Positions 1 to 10,877 of a stretch of 64,000 nt of DNA are shown here, in pieces; positions within the stretch are counted from its first letter, which is position 1; every line of letters starts with the position of its first letter. The position numbers and the translations under genes were made by a program. The stretch lies in the NCBI GenBank assembly GCA_000004985.1, contig GG738897.1; one strand, written 5' to 3'. The stretch comes from Naegleria gruberi. Lineage: Eukaryota. The notes under the pieces are model-generated. The model saw only the letters and a list, made by a program, of their open reading frames with translations. It was not told the DNA's origin and did not search any database.

Positions 1-295
1 CATCTTTAACCACATTTTCCATTTCCTTGAAATTAGTAATGTAGGAATATCTTTTTCTAAAAGATTCGAGTATGAAAATAGATATCGATAGGAAGAAGCT
101 TAACTTGTTTTGGAAATCTCTTATTTTAAAATCTCTTATTTCAGAAGAACTTTCTGCAATTCCATTGGGCTTGTCATTAATGTATCTAATCACCTTTTTA
201 AACTTTTTAGATGATGTTCCAAGAATATGGTAATGCTTTATACATTGAACAAAATCTTCAAAAACTTGAGGTGGAAGAATTGTCTACGTGTGTTA

Positions 296-1291
296 TTAAA
301 ATATATTTAAACTACAAACCTGTAACGATTCAATGTGTGATGATAACTCCTCTATTTCAATATTCATTTTATCCTTCTCAATGGACCATCCTCTTTTGTT
401 TTTCACCTTCTCCACTAAACTTGTGTAATTTAACAGCAAGTCGTTAGATTTAATTTGGAGACTATTGGATTTACTTTCCTTATCCTTTGATTCCTTCCTT
501 ATGGAATCCAATTCCAAAGCAAGTTGAAATACTTTTGATTTAAACATTTCTATAGTCCTTTCTTTTTGGTCTACAAGAATTTGAACTTCCTCCAAGTATT
601 TTTCAAAATCATAAAAATCATTTTCTCTATCTTCAAGCTCCTCTTTCAAAATGGCTATCTCTTCTTTGGCAATTATTTCCATTTCCAAAGATAATTCCTT
701 GAACAACTCTAAATCCTTAACTTTTGATTCCAAATCATTGATAATTTTTGAGAGATCCTTGTTCTTTTCGATCATTTCATGAAGAATTTGATTCGTTGTT
801 TCATCATTTTGAGTTTTTACAGTAGAGCTATAATTCTGTATTAAATCACCTGTATATCCAGCATTTGCCAAATCATTCACTATACCATCTAATTGCTCTC
901 TATATGAATTAACATGCTCCTCTGCCATCTCCTTATCCAACTTCAACTCTTCCAATTGTAATTCGTAATTTACAAGTTTATCTTCAAAATTTTGTTTTAA
1001 ATTTTCCATTTCTGCCTCCAATTGTATCTTTTGATTGATAGCTATTTGAAGTTGCTTCCTATATTCAATAAGCCTTTGTTCAATTTGACTTTCTTCTGGA
1101 TGTTTTCGTTCTCTTTCAATTCTTTTCTGAGCCAATTGCTCCAGTTTTTTCTCCTTATTTTGTTGTTTTTCTAGCATTTCATTTAGATTGATTGAAAGCC
1201 TAGAAGAGATAGAAGAGAATGAATCTGACAAGTCAACACTACTATTTACACTATTATTTCCACCTATTGTTTTTGAATAATACAAATTCAT
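296..1291 (-). CDS. Coiled-coil protein of unknown function. It is E/K/L/Q-rich with heptad-like periodicity.
   Basis: 331-aa ORF. The translation is dominated by charged heptad repeats (LEELKLDKEMAEE..., KNKDLSKIINDLESKVKDLE). No catalytic motif was recognised. The small ORF at 1371..1580 on the same strand might be an upstream exon, but I did not find a clean splice junction. Confidence 0.45.
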   Translation of the reverse strand: MNLYYSKTIGGNNSVNSSVDLSDSFSSISSRLSINLNEMLEKQQNKEKKLEQLAQKRIERERKHPEESQIEQRLIEYRKQLQIAINQKIQLEAEMENLKQNFEDKLVNYELQLEELKLDKEMAEEHVNSYREQLDGIVNDLANAGYTGDLIQNYSSTVKTQNDETTNQILHEMIEKNKDLSKIINDLESKVKDLELFKELSLEMEIIAKEEIAILKEELEDRENDFYDFEKYLEEVQILVDQKERTIEMFKSKVFQLALELDSIRKESKDKESKSNSLQIKSNDLLLNYTSLVEKVKNKRGWSIEKDKMNIEIEELSSHIESLQVCSLNIF

Positions 1292-1902
1292 TACTAATAA
1301 ACCTACTCCTCATGCTCATCGTCAAAGCGTCCAAATTGTGTCTAATTTTCTCCCTCTTACTCCTTAATTCCTAAACATTTATAGGTATCGAAATTATATC
1401 ATCTTGAATACAACAATAAAAACCTACACTCAAACTTGGTGATCTCGATTCAGATTGTATTGGCCTTCCGAACTCACCACTATCCCCAACATTCACCTCA
1501 TCGTCATCCTCACCAATGAGACTCTTCCCATTTCTTACTGGGATGTTCCTCGTCTCTGAGGGTGAATCTCGTCCCATCATTTTTTTTGATTTTTTATGAT
1601 GGTAAAACCGTTACGCTTAGAAATAACTGGAAACACATTACCATCAACAAGCAGATATCTTGAAGGTTCCTTAAAATAGAATTGAGTATTGTTTGTTGTG
1701 AAATAAGGATATCTTATTGAGGTCTGAATAATATTGTTAATAATAAATATGATAAATAATTTAGGAAATAATTTAATGTAATGTTCTTCTCTCTCGAAAA
1801 TGTTTCAAAATGTAATTGGAATATGTGCTGATGATACATGATTTTAAAACTCAAAGTTCTATACTTTACATCTGTTAACTCGATAATCAGCCATATCTTA
1901 GC

Positions 1903-2704
1903 TCAATAAACGTAGGTTGAGTTATTGAGGACGAATCTAATATTTCTAGGACCATTGTATCCAACAAGATAATTACTGCCATCTTGAGGAGTGACAACTT
2001 GCATGGCAATAAGTACAACATCATAAATCCACTAATCCAAGTTTAAAATTTCAATTCAATAATACATACCAATAATCCAATTCCTCCAAATGTAAACATC
2101 TTGAATAATCCATAACCAACATAACCCAAATAAAATCTATCAAATCCACAGAATCCAAAGAAAATGCTCAATCCAAGAGCTGTTGAAAATGCATATCCAG
2201 TACTATAATAATATTCCAGTAAATTATTCCAGAACTAAATACCTACGTGTAAAAACATGAAATTTCTTTGTAAAATGTCTTGTCACCTGTACAATTTACA
2301 CCTTCTCTTGCATAACATTTGACTGGAACAGTATTATTGGATCTACACCCTTCAAATTCATATGTAGTGGAAGAAATAGGAGGAATGTCACAACTAAATT
2401 GAGTACCAAATAAATTATTACAAGAAGGTAAATCGTCATCATAATGAATATTGTCACTATTGGTGTCAATGACACGGAATGAATTCATATTTGAATTTGG
2501 AGAATACTTGTTGTCTTGTAAATAAACATTTGCTATTGTTGTTGACTGATCTGATGTACTTCTGACAAATGCTGCATGAATAAATTCAATAATGAATAAA
2601 TTGACAAAATACAACAGTATCACTACAGATATCAAATAATAATTTAATTTTTGTTTTGTGGATGATGATGGATGATAGTTTCTCGTGCCAGATGATGAAA
2701 ACAT
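1903..2704 (-). CDS. TM2-domain-containing membrane protein, three exons. It has an N-terminal signal anchor, a Cys-rich ectodomain and a C-terminal TM2 domain.
   Basis: Listed ORF 2243..2704 has a hydrophobic segment (ISVVILLYFVNLFIIEFI) and a Cys-rich region. It stops at a GTAGGT donor (ac|gtaggtatttag...). Splicing to the exon near 2060-2198 gives ...TGYAFSTALGLSIFFGFCGFDRFYLGYVGYGLFKMFTFGGIGLL. A second intron (gtatgtatt...ggattag) then gives WIYDVVLIAMQVVTPQDGSNYLVGYNGPRNIRF with a stop near 1903. The pattern CG.FG.DRFYLG...G..K..T.GG.G.WW..D..LIA.Q...P.DGS.Y is the TM2 domain signature (TM2D1-3/almondex family). Exon ends are approximate. Confidence 0.6.
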
Positions 2705-2792
2705 TTTTTTATTACAAAAACCCAGTTATTGGTTCGGTGTCGAGAGAAGTTAAAATAGAGAAATTATTGGAGAGTTTAAAACGGAGGGAAAT

Positions 2793-3437
2793 TTAGTGGA
2801 GACCAATTTCAGTCTTAGCAGAACGGACAGCAGCCAAAACTTCTTCATTGGTAACGGTTTGCTTACCACTGAATTCCTTGAACAACTTGCTGGTGTTGTT
2901 GTGCTTAGCCTTGGCCAAAACTTCAGAAACAACCAAATAGAAAGACTTTGGTGTTTCAACGCCCAAGTGAATCATTTCTTCCAAATAGTTAACAGCTCTC
3001 AATGGGTTAGCATCGAAGAGAGTAGATCCAATCAACATGGAGAAAGTTTCAACATCAGGAACAATGTTTTCAGCTCTCATTTCGTCGAACATGTATTTAG
3101 CCTTGTCAGATTGAGCATTTTCAACACACTTCCAAATAATTTCATTGTAGTGATCAACAGTAATTGGCATACCCATATATTTGAGAGAAGCGAACTTTTG
3201 GATAGCAATTTCAGCAGCTTGAGTTCTTACTATTTAAATTTTCATCGTCATCATATTAAAATAATATTATTTTACGATTATTATTTTAATTTTATCATAT
3301 TGTTCTATAAATTCCTCTATTCATCATAAAAACATACCTGTTGGGTTAGCTTCGAATCGGATACTTCTAACTTGGAGTGATGAAGCAGCGAAACACTTGT
3401 TGTTCTTTGAAGCAAATCTGGAGAGTCTGGCGAGCAT
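2793..3437 (-). CDS. Small mitochondrial-targeted PPR-like protein of about 175 aa, two exons.
   Basis: Exon 1 (rc of ~3347-3437) reads MLARLSRFASKNNKCFAASSLQVRSIRFEANPT. It is basic/hydroxylated and presequence-like, and ends at a GTATGT donor. The intron (~3190-3346) is ~90% AT. Exon 2 is the listed ORF frame ...AAEIAIQKFASLKYMGMPITVDHYNEIIWKCVENAQSDKAKYMFDEMRAENIVPDVETFSMLIGS.... This matches the pentatricopeptide-repeat pattern (Y/F-N-x-L/I-I...P-D-x-x-T-F/Y-x-x-L-I). The + strand ORF 2796..3329 is an antisense artefact. Confidence 0.45.
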
Positions 3438-3812
3438 TTTTTTGCGATATTTTTAATGAGTTTTACAAAATTATTCGGGCAGGCTTTTCAGCAGGAAAAA
3501 ACAACTTCAAGCTCTTGAGCATTGAATAATATTTCCATGAGACCACCCTGTCAAATAACATTATCCATGATAAAACTATGAAGCTTATGCCCATTAATCA
3601 TATCATCACAACAATATGTACATTATCTGTGTTGCTGCTCAAGTGAGCAAAATTAGATTGACAGTACAAGTAAAGGATTTTTACTCGTTTAGTTTCCATT
3701 CAATTTGTATCGAGTACTTTTTAAAACCCTTTGATGACTGTATGGCTTGGGAAGGAACGGAAACAAATTAAAAAAATTTGGCTTAACACCTACAACAATA
3801 ACCATCATCAAA

Positions 3813-5033
3813 ATGAATAAGAAGAGTATTGAAGATGTTGACTTTTCTGGTAAGAGAGTTCTTGCTAGAGTAGATTATAACGTCCCTCTCAAGAATGGAA
3901 TTATCAAAGATAATACCAGAATCAAGGAAACACTTCCAACTTTGAAATATATTTTAGATCATGGTGCTTCTCAAGTTGTTTTGATGAGTCACCTCGGAAG
4001 ACCTGATGGTAAAGTTGTTCCAGAAGCTACTTTGGAACCTGTTGCCAAGGAACTTGAAAAGTTGTTGGGAGAACCAGTTAGATTTGCTAAAGATTGTGTT
4101 GGTCCTGATTCTGAAAAGGCTGTTCTTGAAGAAAAGGCCAAGATTGTCTTGTTGGAAAATCTTAGATATCATCCAGAAGAAGAAGTCTTGAAGGGTACTC
4201 CAGAAGAAGATGTTGAAAAATTCAGAACCCAATTAGCTAAATATGGTGATGTTTATGTCAATGATGCTTTTGGTACTGCTCACAGAGCTCACTCTTCAAT
4301 GGTTGGTTTGAAGAGATTGGGTTGTTGTGTTTCTGGTTATCTTTTGAAGAAGGAATTGGATTACTTCCGTAAGGCTTTGGTTGAACCATCAAAGCCATTC
4401 GTTGCTATTTTAGGTGGTGCTAAAGTTAAGGATAAGATCAAATTGATTGAAAACATGTTGGATAAGGTTGATGAAATGATCATTGTTGGTGGTATGGCTT
4501 TCACTTTCAAGAAGGTCTGTTTCGGAGTTTCAATTGGTAAATCATTGTTCGATGAAGATGGTGCCAAGATTGTTGAAAAGTTGCTCGAAAAGGCCAAGAA
4601 GAATGGTGTTAAGCTCCATTTCCCAATTGACCACGTTTGTGCTGATGCTCTCACTGAAACTGCTCAAAAGTCTGTTTACACTGATGAACAAGGTATTCCA
4701 GATAATTTGATGGGTTTGGATATTGGTCCAAAGTCTGTTGAACTCTTCAGAGAAGTCATTCTCAATGCCAAGACTTTGGTTTGGAATGGTCCTGCTGGTG
4801 TCTTTGAAATTAAGCAATTTTCTGCTGGTTCTATTGGTTTGTTAGATGCTGTTGCTACTGCTACTGAACAAGGTTTGGTTTCAATTATTGGTGGTGGTGA
4901 CACTGTCAGTTTGGTTCAAAACAATAATGCTCAAAATAAGGTTTCACACATCAGTACTGGTGGTGGTGCTTCTTTGGAATTGTTGGAAGGCCGTAAACTC
5001 CCAGGTGTTGAAGCACTCGATGATAGACAATGA
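3813..5033 (+). CDS. PGK: Phosphoglycerate kinase (glycolysis).
   Basis: Translation contains the hallmark PGK motifs: KRVLARVDYNVPLKNGIIKDNTRI, VLMSHLGRPDGK, AFGTAHRAHSS, AILGGAKV.DKI, GGMAFTFKK, WNGPAGVFE, IIGGGDT and STGGGASLELLEG. The ORF track starts at an upstream alternative start (3747). The first ATG in an appropriate context (aaaATGaataag) is at 3813 and gives a normal ~406-aa PGK. Confidence 0.95.
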   Translation: MNKKSIEDVDFSGKRVLARVDYNVPLKNGIIKDNTRIKETLPTLKYILDHGASQVVLMSHLGRPDGKVVPEATLEPVAKELEKLLGEPVRFAKDCVGPDSEKAVLEEKAKIVLLENLRYHPEEEVLKGTPEEDVEKFRTQLAKYGDVYVNDAFGTAHRAHSSMVGLKRLGCCVSGYLLKKELDYFRKALVEPSKPFVAILGGAKVKDKIKLIENMLDKVDEMIIVGGMAFTFKKVCFGVSIGKSLFDEDGAKIVEKLLEKAKKNGVKLHFPIDHVCADALTETAQKSVYTDEQGIPDNLMGLDIGPKSVELFREVILNAKTLVWNGPAGVFEIKQFSAGSIGLLDAVATATEQGLVSIIGGGDTVSLVQNNNAQNKVSHISTGGGASLELLEGRKLPGVEALDDRQ

Positions 5034-5150
5034 AGGCCACTGTATAGTAATTTGTAAATAAATTGATTTTACCACACAATATCTGAATTATTTCATTCTT
5101 GTATGAGCTAGTTTTATAGATCTAATTCAATTTTCAAAAAATTAAAAAAA

Positions 5151-5450
5151 ATGAAAAAAGAAGAAAGAGAAGTTTGTTGGGCATCTAAAGAAGTTCTCTT
5201 TGCTTGTTTAGATCAATCAAAGGATGATGTAAAAAAATGTGAAGCGGAATTTATGAAATTAAAAGAATTATGTCCTGATTCTTGGGTGAAAAGATTTATC
5301 GGAAAGAGAAAATTTGACAAGGAAAAGGATGGAATTGTTAAAGCTTGGGGTGATAAATATGTTGAGGAACGTAGAAACAAAATTGAAACACTTAAACAGA
5401 AAAGAGCTGAAAAGAAAAATCAACAACAACAACAAGATGATGAAATTTAA
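5151..5450 (+). CDS. COA6: Cytochrome c oxidase assembly factor 6 (COA6)-like twin Cx9C/Cx10C CHCH protein.
   Basis: 99-aa ORF. EREVCWASKEVLFACLD...CEAEFMKLKELCPDSWVKRFIGKRKF has Cx9C and Cx10C pairs. The flanking residues (ER.xCW...CLD...C.....CP..W(V/I)K.F..KR) match animal and fungal COA6. The C-terminus is a poly-Q tail. Confidence 0.7.
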   Translation: MKKEEREVCWASKEVLFACLDQSKDDVKKCEAEFMKLKELCPDSWVKRFIGKRKFDKEKDGIVKAWGDKYVEERRNKIETLKQKRAEKKNQQQQQDDEI

Positions 5451-6061
5451 AGCACGGAAAATAATGATGGTTACCTTTGAATATTGAAGTTAGGATCTTT
5501 GATAAATTATCGGAAATCATTTAATAATTTAATAATTTAATAATTGATTTTAAAGTTACATGTGGATATCCGACAAATAAAATTCAAGGGATTTAATGAG
5601 ATATGGATTGTGGATTAATAGTATTGTCTAAGATAGGTTTTGTTCATTTCATCATCTTTATCAACTTGGCCCTCAACTGATACAATATCATTACAACCAC
5701 CACCATCATTGAAATAGCTTTTAACAACATTATTTCTGAAAATACTCTCTTCCAAAACACTTGATCACAATGGCTTCTCTCCACATTTAATCACTCTTAA
5801 TATTTTGGTCATCTCATCCAAGTAAGGTAACAGGAAATAGATGTGATCGTATCGCAGCTGACGACACTCATTTTGTTGTGATGTATTATTCACTGTAAAC
5901 TGAAGAGACAATGTTATCACTCTGAATCAAAAGGGTTCAACTTATAAACATCAATGACCAAAGTCTCACACAAATTGATGTTGTGGCATTTAGGAATGAT
6001 GTGTCCAATAATTAACTTAATATAAATTCGACCAATAGGTTTGTATCCAAACACAAAAAAA

Positions 6062-7900
6062 ATGAAAAGAAAGCAAGGCTTTGTGGCTGATGGCGCGAAT
6101 TCGGAGAAGAGAAGAAAACAAACATCATCAAAAAAGGAATTAAATACTGATGGTGATCAAGTTTTGATGAAAACATTATTAAAGGCTAATTTGAATGAGG
6201 ATGTATTGGGAGTTATTTTCGACTTTTTAGATTATTCATTCTTGTCCAGAAAATGTAGATTTGTCTGTTTGCAATGGAATGAAGCCTTTTGCAATATGCC
6301 TGTTCTTTCATCTCATATTTCTGCTCCATTGACAGATTTTTTCGCAAGGAAAGCAAATGAAGGTGAATTGTATATGATTAGAGATTTGAGTTTGGAAGGA
6401 ATCTCAAAAGATTTTGATTTTTCATTGTTATATAATCTTGAAAAGTTGTCTCTTCGATCCCAAGGGCATACTATGGTGCCTGACTCTATTCAATGTTTGC
6501 CTAAATTGAAAAGTCTACAATTGTTCAAATTTATTATAACAGCTACACATATTGAATCTTGGACTAAACTACCTAAATTAGAGGAGCTCTCAGTTAAACA
6601 CAATCCAGAATTCTTTGAATTTTCAGCTTACCATGATTTTTCGAATGTAAAAAAATTGGAATTATGCATCAAGAACGAGGATTATCTTGATTATTCTGTG
6701 ATTATTAATGGAAAGATTTCAAAGAATTTAACTCATTTCACTTTATTACTTTCACATGGTTCTATTTCCATTGTTGAACCATTACCTAAATTAACTTTTT
6801 TGAAATTGTCGTATTGTGACATAAAGAAGGTTGATGCAATTTGTATTCCATTACTTTCAGAGATTACATTCGACGCAGCATTTACAGATGATGACTCTGC
6901 AATTTGTATTTTAAAAGCCCCTTTACTAAAGAAGGCAGCACTGAAATCAGACTATTTGGACGAAAAATGTGCAATGATGAGTTCTACCCATATAGAGGAT
7001 CTGGAATTGGATGATTTGGATAATGACCCAGTATTTAGCATATTCAATCCAAAGTTTAGTGCTTTGAAGAGATTATCTGTTCCAAATTCATTTATTGGGA
7101 ACAGAAATGATTTTTCTATGTTCAAAAACCTTACAGAGTTGAATGTTAATGAAACCAAAATAGGAAATAAGGTTCTATTGGCTATTTCAAAAATGACACA
7201 ATTAACTTCTCTTAATATTGGAAAAAACGATATTACAAAGAATGTTTTCAAACATTTGAAAAAATTAGATAATTTAACAGCTCTTGATTTAGAGGATTGT
7301 GGAGTAAAAGATATCACTCCACTGGCAAAATTAACCAAAATTACAAAGTTGAATTTGAAAAATAACTATTTGAAAGGAGAATGGTTGCAAAAATTAGTAT
7401 CATATTTACCAAATTTAAGGAAGCTGAATTCGGAAGGAAACGAGCTGACTTCTTTGGCTCCATTATCACTATTAACAAATATTCAAAAATTGAAGTTGAA
7501 AAGTCTTAAGTTTAGTGATATCAAAGAAATGCAGCTACAACATCTCTTGAAATTAGAATATTTGGATAAACTTTCAATCACATCAATGGATATTGGAGAG
7601 GAAGGAGCTAAGATATTAGGTAGAGGAAGATTTAAACATCTCAAACTTAATATTTGTGAGCTACACGATAGAGCATTACCATTCATCCTAACAAATACCT
7701 CCCTCAGAACTCTTGATCTTCAGAAAAATAATCTTACCGAAAAAGGAGTTAATATAATTTCAAAATCATATTTGCCATTCATGCAAAAAGTTAACGTTTC
7801 TGAAAACAAATACTATGCATCAATTGAGGAAGATGATTCAAAATTCCAAATTGTAAACAAGAATGCAAGACCATTACCATTTAGAGTTATCTTTTTTTAA
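6062..7900 (+). CDS. F-box/leucine-rich-repeat protein.
   Basis: N-terminal F-box-like segment (DVLGVIFDFLDYSFLSRKCRFVCLQWNEAF) followed by many LxxLxLxxN/C leucine-rich repeats (LTSLNIGKNDIT, LTALDLEDCGVKDITPL, LRKLNSEGNELTSLAPL, LRTLDLQKNNLTEKG). The ORF-track start at 6041 is TTG; the first ATG is 6062. Confidence 0.6.
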   Translation: MKRKQGFVADGANSEKRRKQTSSKKELNTDGDQVLMKTLLKANLNEDVLGVIFDFLDYSFLSRKCRFVCLQWNEAFCNMPVLSSHISAPLTDFFARKANEGELYMIRDLSLEGISKDFDFSLLYNLEKLSLRSQGHTMVPDSIQCLPKLKSLQLFKFIITATHIESWTKLPKLEELSVKHNPEFFEFSAYHDFSNVKKLELCIKNEDYLDYSVIINGKISKNLTHFTLLLSHGSISIVEPLPKLTFLKLSYCDIKKVDAICIPLLSEITFDAAFTDDDSAICILKAPLLKKAALKSDYLDEKCAMMSSTHIEDLELDDLDNDPVFSIFNPKFSALKRLSVPNSFIGNRNDFSMFKNLTELNVNETKIGNKVLLAISKMTQLTSLNIGKNDITKNVFKHLKKLDNLTALDLEDCGVKDITPLAKLTKITKLNLKNNYLKGEWLQKLVSYLPNLRKLNSEGNELTSLAPLSLLTNIQKLKLKSLKFSDIKEMQLQHLLKLEYLDKLSITSMDIGEEGAKILGRGRFKHLKLNICELHDRALPFILTNTSLRTLDLQKNNLTEKGVNIISKSYLPFMQKVNVSENKYYASIEEDDSKFQIVNKNARPLPFRVIFF

Positions 7901-8023
7901 ACACCTACTCTGTCAACCATAATGTAAATAAATCCTGGAAATGTAAGTAAAATAATTGAGCGCTTTTTTGGAAACTACAAGTTGATTATTTCATTCTGAT
8001 TGACTCTTTCCAAAATCAAAAAA

Positions 8024-9331
8024 ATGCAAAATTTGTGGAAAGGCTTATTTGCCAAGCCTTCACAGAAACCCTCTGCTGCTGATCAACAAGAATCGGCACT
8101 TGTAAAATCAACAGCCAATAATCAAGTAGTAGAAAATTCAAACTTGTCATCAACTTCGGGAAAATACAAAAAAGATGAACACATATTAATGAAAGTTGTT
8201 AGATATTACTACAATTATTATAAACCAACACCACAGACTATGGCTGGATATAAGAGTGGTGCCTTCAAGTATATTGTAAAGCCAGCTGGTTTTTTGGGGT
8301 TGGGTGCTTTGGGAGTTGTCTTGCTGGATGTAGGATATCGGAAATTTCATGTTAATGAGGATGCTCCTTCAATTTTCACAACAAATAAGAAGATTACACC
8401 TCATCAATTATTAAGAAATTCAGATTGGCTTGAAATTAATATACCAGAGGAAAAGAAGGAAAGAACTCCGAATAGAATTCGTGAATACTTTATAAATAGG
8501 AGAAATAAGAAACTGGCTCTTGAAGAAACAAAGCCAGCAGAGGAGCAAGTTCCAATTGAGCACGATTTTAAAAAGTTTTATGCAAAATTAGATTACAAAC
8601 CTCCTGTGGATGATTTTAATGAAGAATCGATTATTACACATATTCATGTGGAGAAATTTCATCCTTTTATGAAGGAAGGTCAAGGATATTGGTCAACCTT
8701 AATTGAATACGCAATGATTAGGGATAAAGTTGGAGATAGTGATTTGGCATTACACTTAATTAAGGAGCAAAATGAAGCTTTTGGATCGAAAATATGGAGA
8801 AAAATTTTCACCAACAAGGAATTTGAAAAATACAAGGAATCAAATATTTGGTTAGAAAAGCCATGGATTTTAAATGAATTGAATATAGATTTGAATATGG
8901 AAAAGGAATATAATGTCAAATCGCTCAAAGACTATGTTGAAAATCATGAAGCAAATCCAGGAATTCAACAGGTATTGAAAAACACATTGAACAAGCATGA
9001 TAGTCTATTAACATCGGATGATTTACTTCAACAAAATTACTATCTCTATGTGAGTGAAGAGGCCTTTGATGAATTTAAATCTACCAGAAATTCCAATATT
9101 CGAGTTGTACAAAAATCTGCCAAACAAGGTGACATGTTCTTTGTAGTTGGAAGTAAGAAGCCACAAATCAAGGATGATATTTCATCACTCACTTTCTTGA
9201 CACATAAGAAAGAGGATGACTATATACAAGAATCAAAGGAGCAAGAAAAGAAAAATCATTCACCTCTCTGGATGAGATCTGCTGTAATTGCAGGAGCTCT
9301 TGGCTTGGCTGTTTCATCCATTATTTTGTAA
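8024..9331 (+). CDS. Uncharacterised protein with predicted transmembrane segments.
   Basis: ~435-aa ORF from the first ATG at 8024. Hydrophobic stretches near the N-terminal third (AGFLGLGALGVVLLDVGY) and at the extreme C-terminus (SAVIAGALGLAVSSIIL). No enzymatic motif recognised. Confidence 0.4.
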   Translation: MQNLWKGLFAKPSQKPSAADQQESALVKSTANNQVVENSNLSSTSGKYKKDEHILMKVVRYYYNYYKPTPQTMAGYKSGAFKYIVKPAGFLGLGALGVVLLDVGYRKFHVNEDAPSIFTTNKKITPHQLLRNSDWLEINIPEEKKERTPNRIREYFINRRNKKLALEETKPAEEQVPIEHDFKKFYAKLDYKPPVDDFNEESIITHIHVEKFHPFMKEGQGYWSTLIEYAMIRDKVGDSDLALHLIKEQNEAFGSKIWRKIFTNKEFEKYKESNIWLEKPWILNELNIDLNMEKEYNVKSLKDYVENHEANPGIQQVLKNTLNKHDSLLTSDDLLQQNYYLYVSEEAFDEFKSTRNSNIRVVQKSAKQGDMFFVVGSKKPQIKDDISSLTFLTHKKEDDYIQESKEQEKKNHSPLWMRSAVIAGALGLAVSSIIL

Positions 9332-9378
9332 AATATTTTGTAATCAAGATCTGTTCTTGAAAGGTAATAAAAGGAAAA

Positions 9379-10549
9379 TTAAACCAATGACAGCCTATCT
9401 CTCCTACAAATATTAGGTCCATATTCTTGGTATGACTCTTTTGTAATCCAACCTGTTGTAATAGTGGATCTGCTTGAATAAATTGAGGCTCCAATAAACG
9501 AAGAAAATTGAGGGGAATCCATGCTAATAAATTTCTTTCTGACATTCTTTGGAAGAAGTAAATCCAACTCTTGTTCAAGTCTCTTGTCTAGTCCATCTAT
9601 TAGGGAATTTCCCCCACATAATACTATATTTCCATAAAGATCTAAGCGAGAATCTATTGGACATTTTGTAAAACTGTTGTGAACCATTTCGTGAAGACCA
9701 TCCACATTCTTATTCAAAATGAATGGATTAAATAAACATTCTGCAGAGAGATTCTGTTCGCCTGACATTTCTATCTTTGTAAGATCTGGAAGGAAGTAAT
9801 CTATTTTTTGAGAATTAATATTCGGTTCACCATTGAAACAAACAACTTTCTCCTTCATTTCTCTGACAATTTCTAGCTCAGAACTTGTATGAAAAGAAAA
9901 TCCTTTCTGATTCAATAATTGTCTCAAGTGGTCTGTCACCATCCTTCCATTCACAATATTGCTCCTCAAAATTGCATTTTCAATCACAAAGCAGTCCCAG
10001 ATTGGGACTATTTGCGTTAAATCCTCACCCATTTCAATAATTATTGCTGAATTTCTTCCACTCGCAAATAAGGACATTATTGGTTGATATCCAAAATCCA
10101 ATCCCAAAATTCCAAACCTCTCAAACAATAAACTTGTCATTCGTTCTCTTTCTGATTTTGGATTTAAAATTGCCTCCGTACAGAAAAAACATTCTTCACT
10201 GGCATACATGTGCAATTCCTCTTTAATCAAATATTCTAACAAATTTTCAAAATTATCCCAATCCACAATTACACCATTCCTAGTCACTTCCGATTCATTA
10301 ACCATTCCTCTCATCCTTTTTAAAGCCTCTCCGATATATCCCAATTTTTGTGATTCAACAAGAGGCATTGCAATTGGATATTTCGGATAACCAACAACTG
10401 AACGAATGATACATGCTGGCTCACTCCTTGAATTAATTCCTGGGATTCAAAATTAATCATCATCAAAAACAACAATAAAATTCCAATTTTTCAATCCTTT
10501 ACCTACCAGCCTTGATAGAGTGAGAGCCTAAATCCAACACGATTGTCAT
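9379..10549 (-). CDS. Divergent actin-related protein (Arp family), two exons.
   Basis: Exon 1 (rc ~10507-10549) reads MTIVLDLGSHSIKAG, the actin phosphate-1 loop. It ends in a GTAGGT donor. A ~67-nt intron follows. Exon 2 continues INSRSEPACIIRSVVGYPKY...MPLVESQKLGYIGEALKRMRGMV... (listed ORF 9379..10368). Other actin-fold elements are present (IVLCGGNSLIDGLDKRLEQEL, FIGASIYSS). Divergence is too high to name the Arp class (Arp10/11-like or nuclear Arp possible). Confidence 0.65.
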
Positions 10550-10877
10550 TTTTTTTTATTGTAATTAATAATCTGATAAGATTTAATTGGGAGGGTGATG
10601 AACTTGGATGTTTTTTTCTTTCTTAACGAAATTGTAATTCCTCAGACGAAATGTTCCCTCCAAGAAAACCATCTTTGCGAGTTAAAAACAATCTTGTTTA
10701 TTCAAATGTTCAGCCCATCTCCATTGTAAAACTTCTTCACAGTTCTTTCTCACACTGGATCCTATAATCTATTTTTAAAATTTGAATTTCAAACTCATCA
10801 CACAAAAATTTTTAAGTGAGTTGAACTCGTTTTGTAAAAGAGACAACAATACATTTCGAAAAAAATATTCCAAAACC

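Noticed and set aside
2796-3329. Plus-strand 177-aa ORF overlapping the minus-strand PPR-like gene.
   Set aside because: It lies antisense to a well-supported coding frame. It has low-complexity translation and an N/F/S-rich composition typical of reverse-frame artefacts in AT-rich coding DNA.
2793-3437. I first considered calling this gene COX5A because it has a mitochondrial presequence and a helical ~150-aa mature part.
   Set aside because: Residue-level comparison with COX5A did not hold up. The internal motif matches a PPR repeat instead, so I label it only as a small mitochondrial PPR-like protein.
3954-5061. Several 60-97-aa ORFs on both strands inside the PGK gene (3954..4232, 4006..4191, 4361..4654, 4483..4710, 4542..4817, 4676..4903, 4846..5061).
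   Set aside because: All overlap the high-confidence PGK reading frame, so they are alternative-frame artefacts.
5560-6040. Possible small minus-strand gene in the 600-bp spacer between COA6 and the F-box/LRR gene (frames reading MTKILRVIKCGEKPL... and ...VLEESIFRNNVVKSYFNDGGGCNDIVSVEGQVDKDDEMNKTYLRQYY).
   Set aside because: I could not connect the two open stretches with a convincing donor/acceptor pair, and the products match nothing I recognise. Transcript evidence would be needed.
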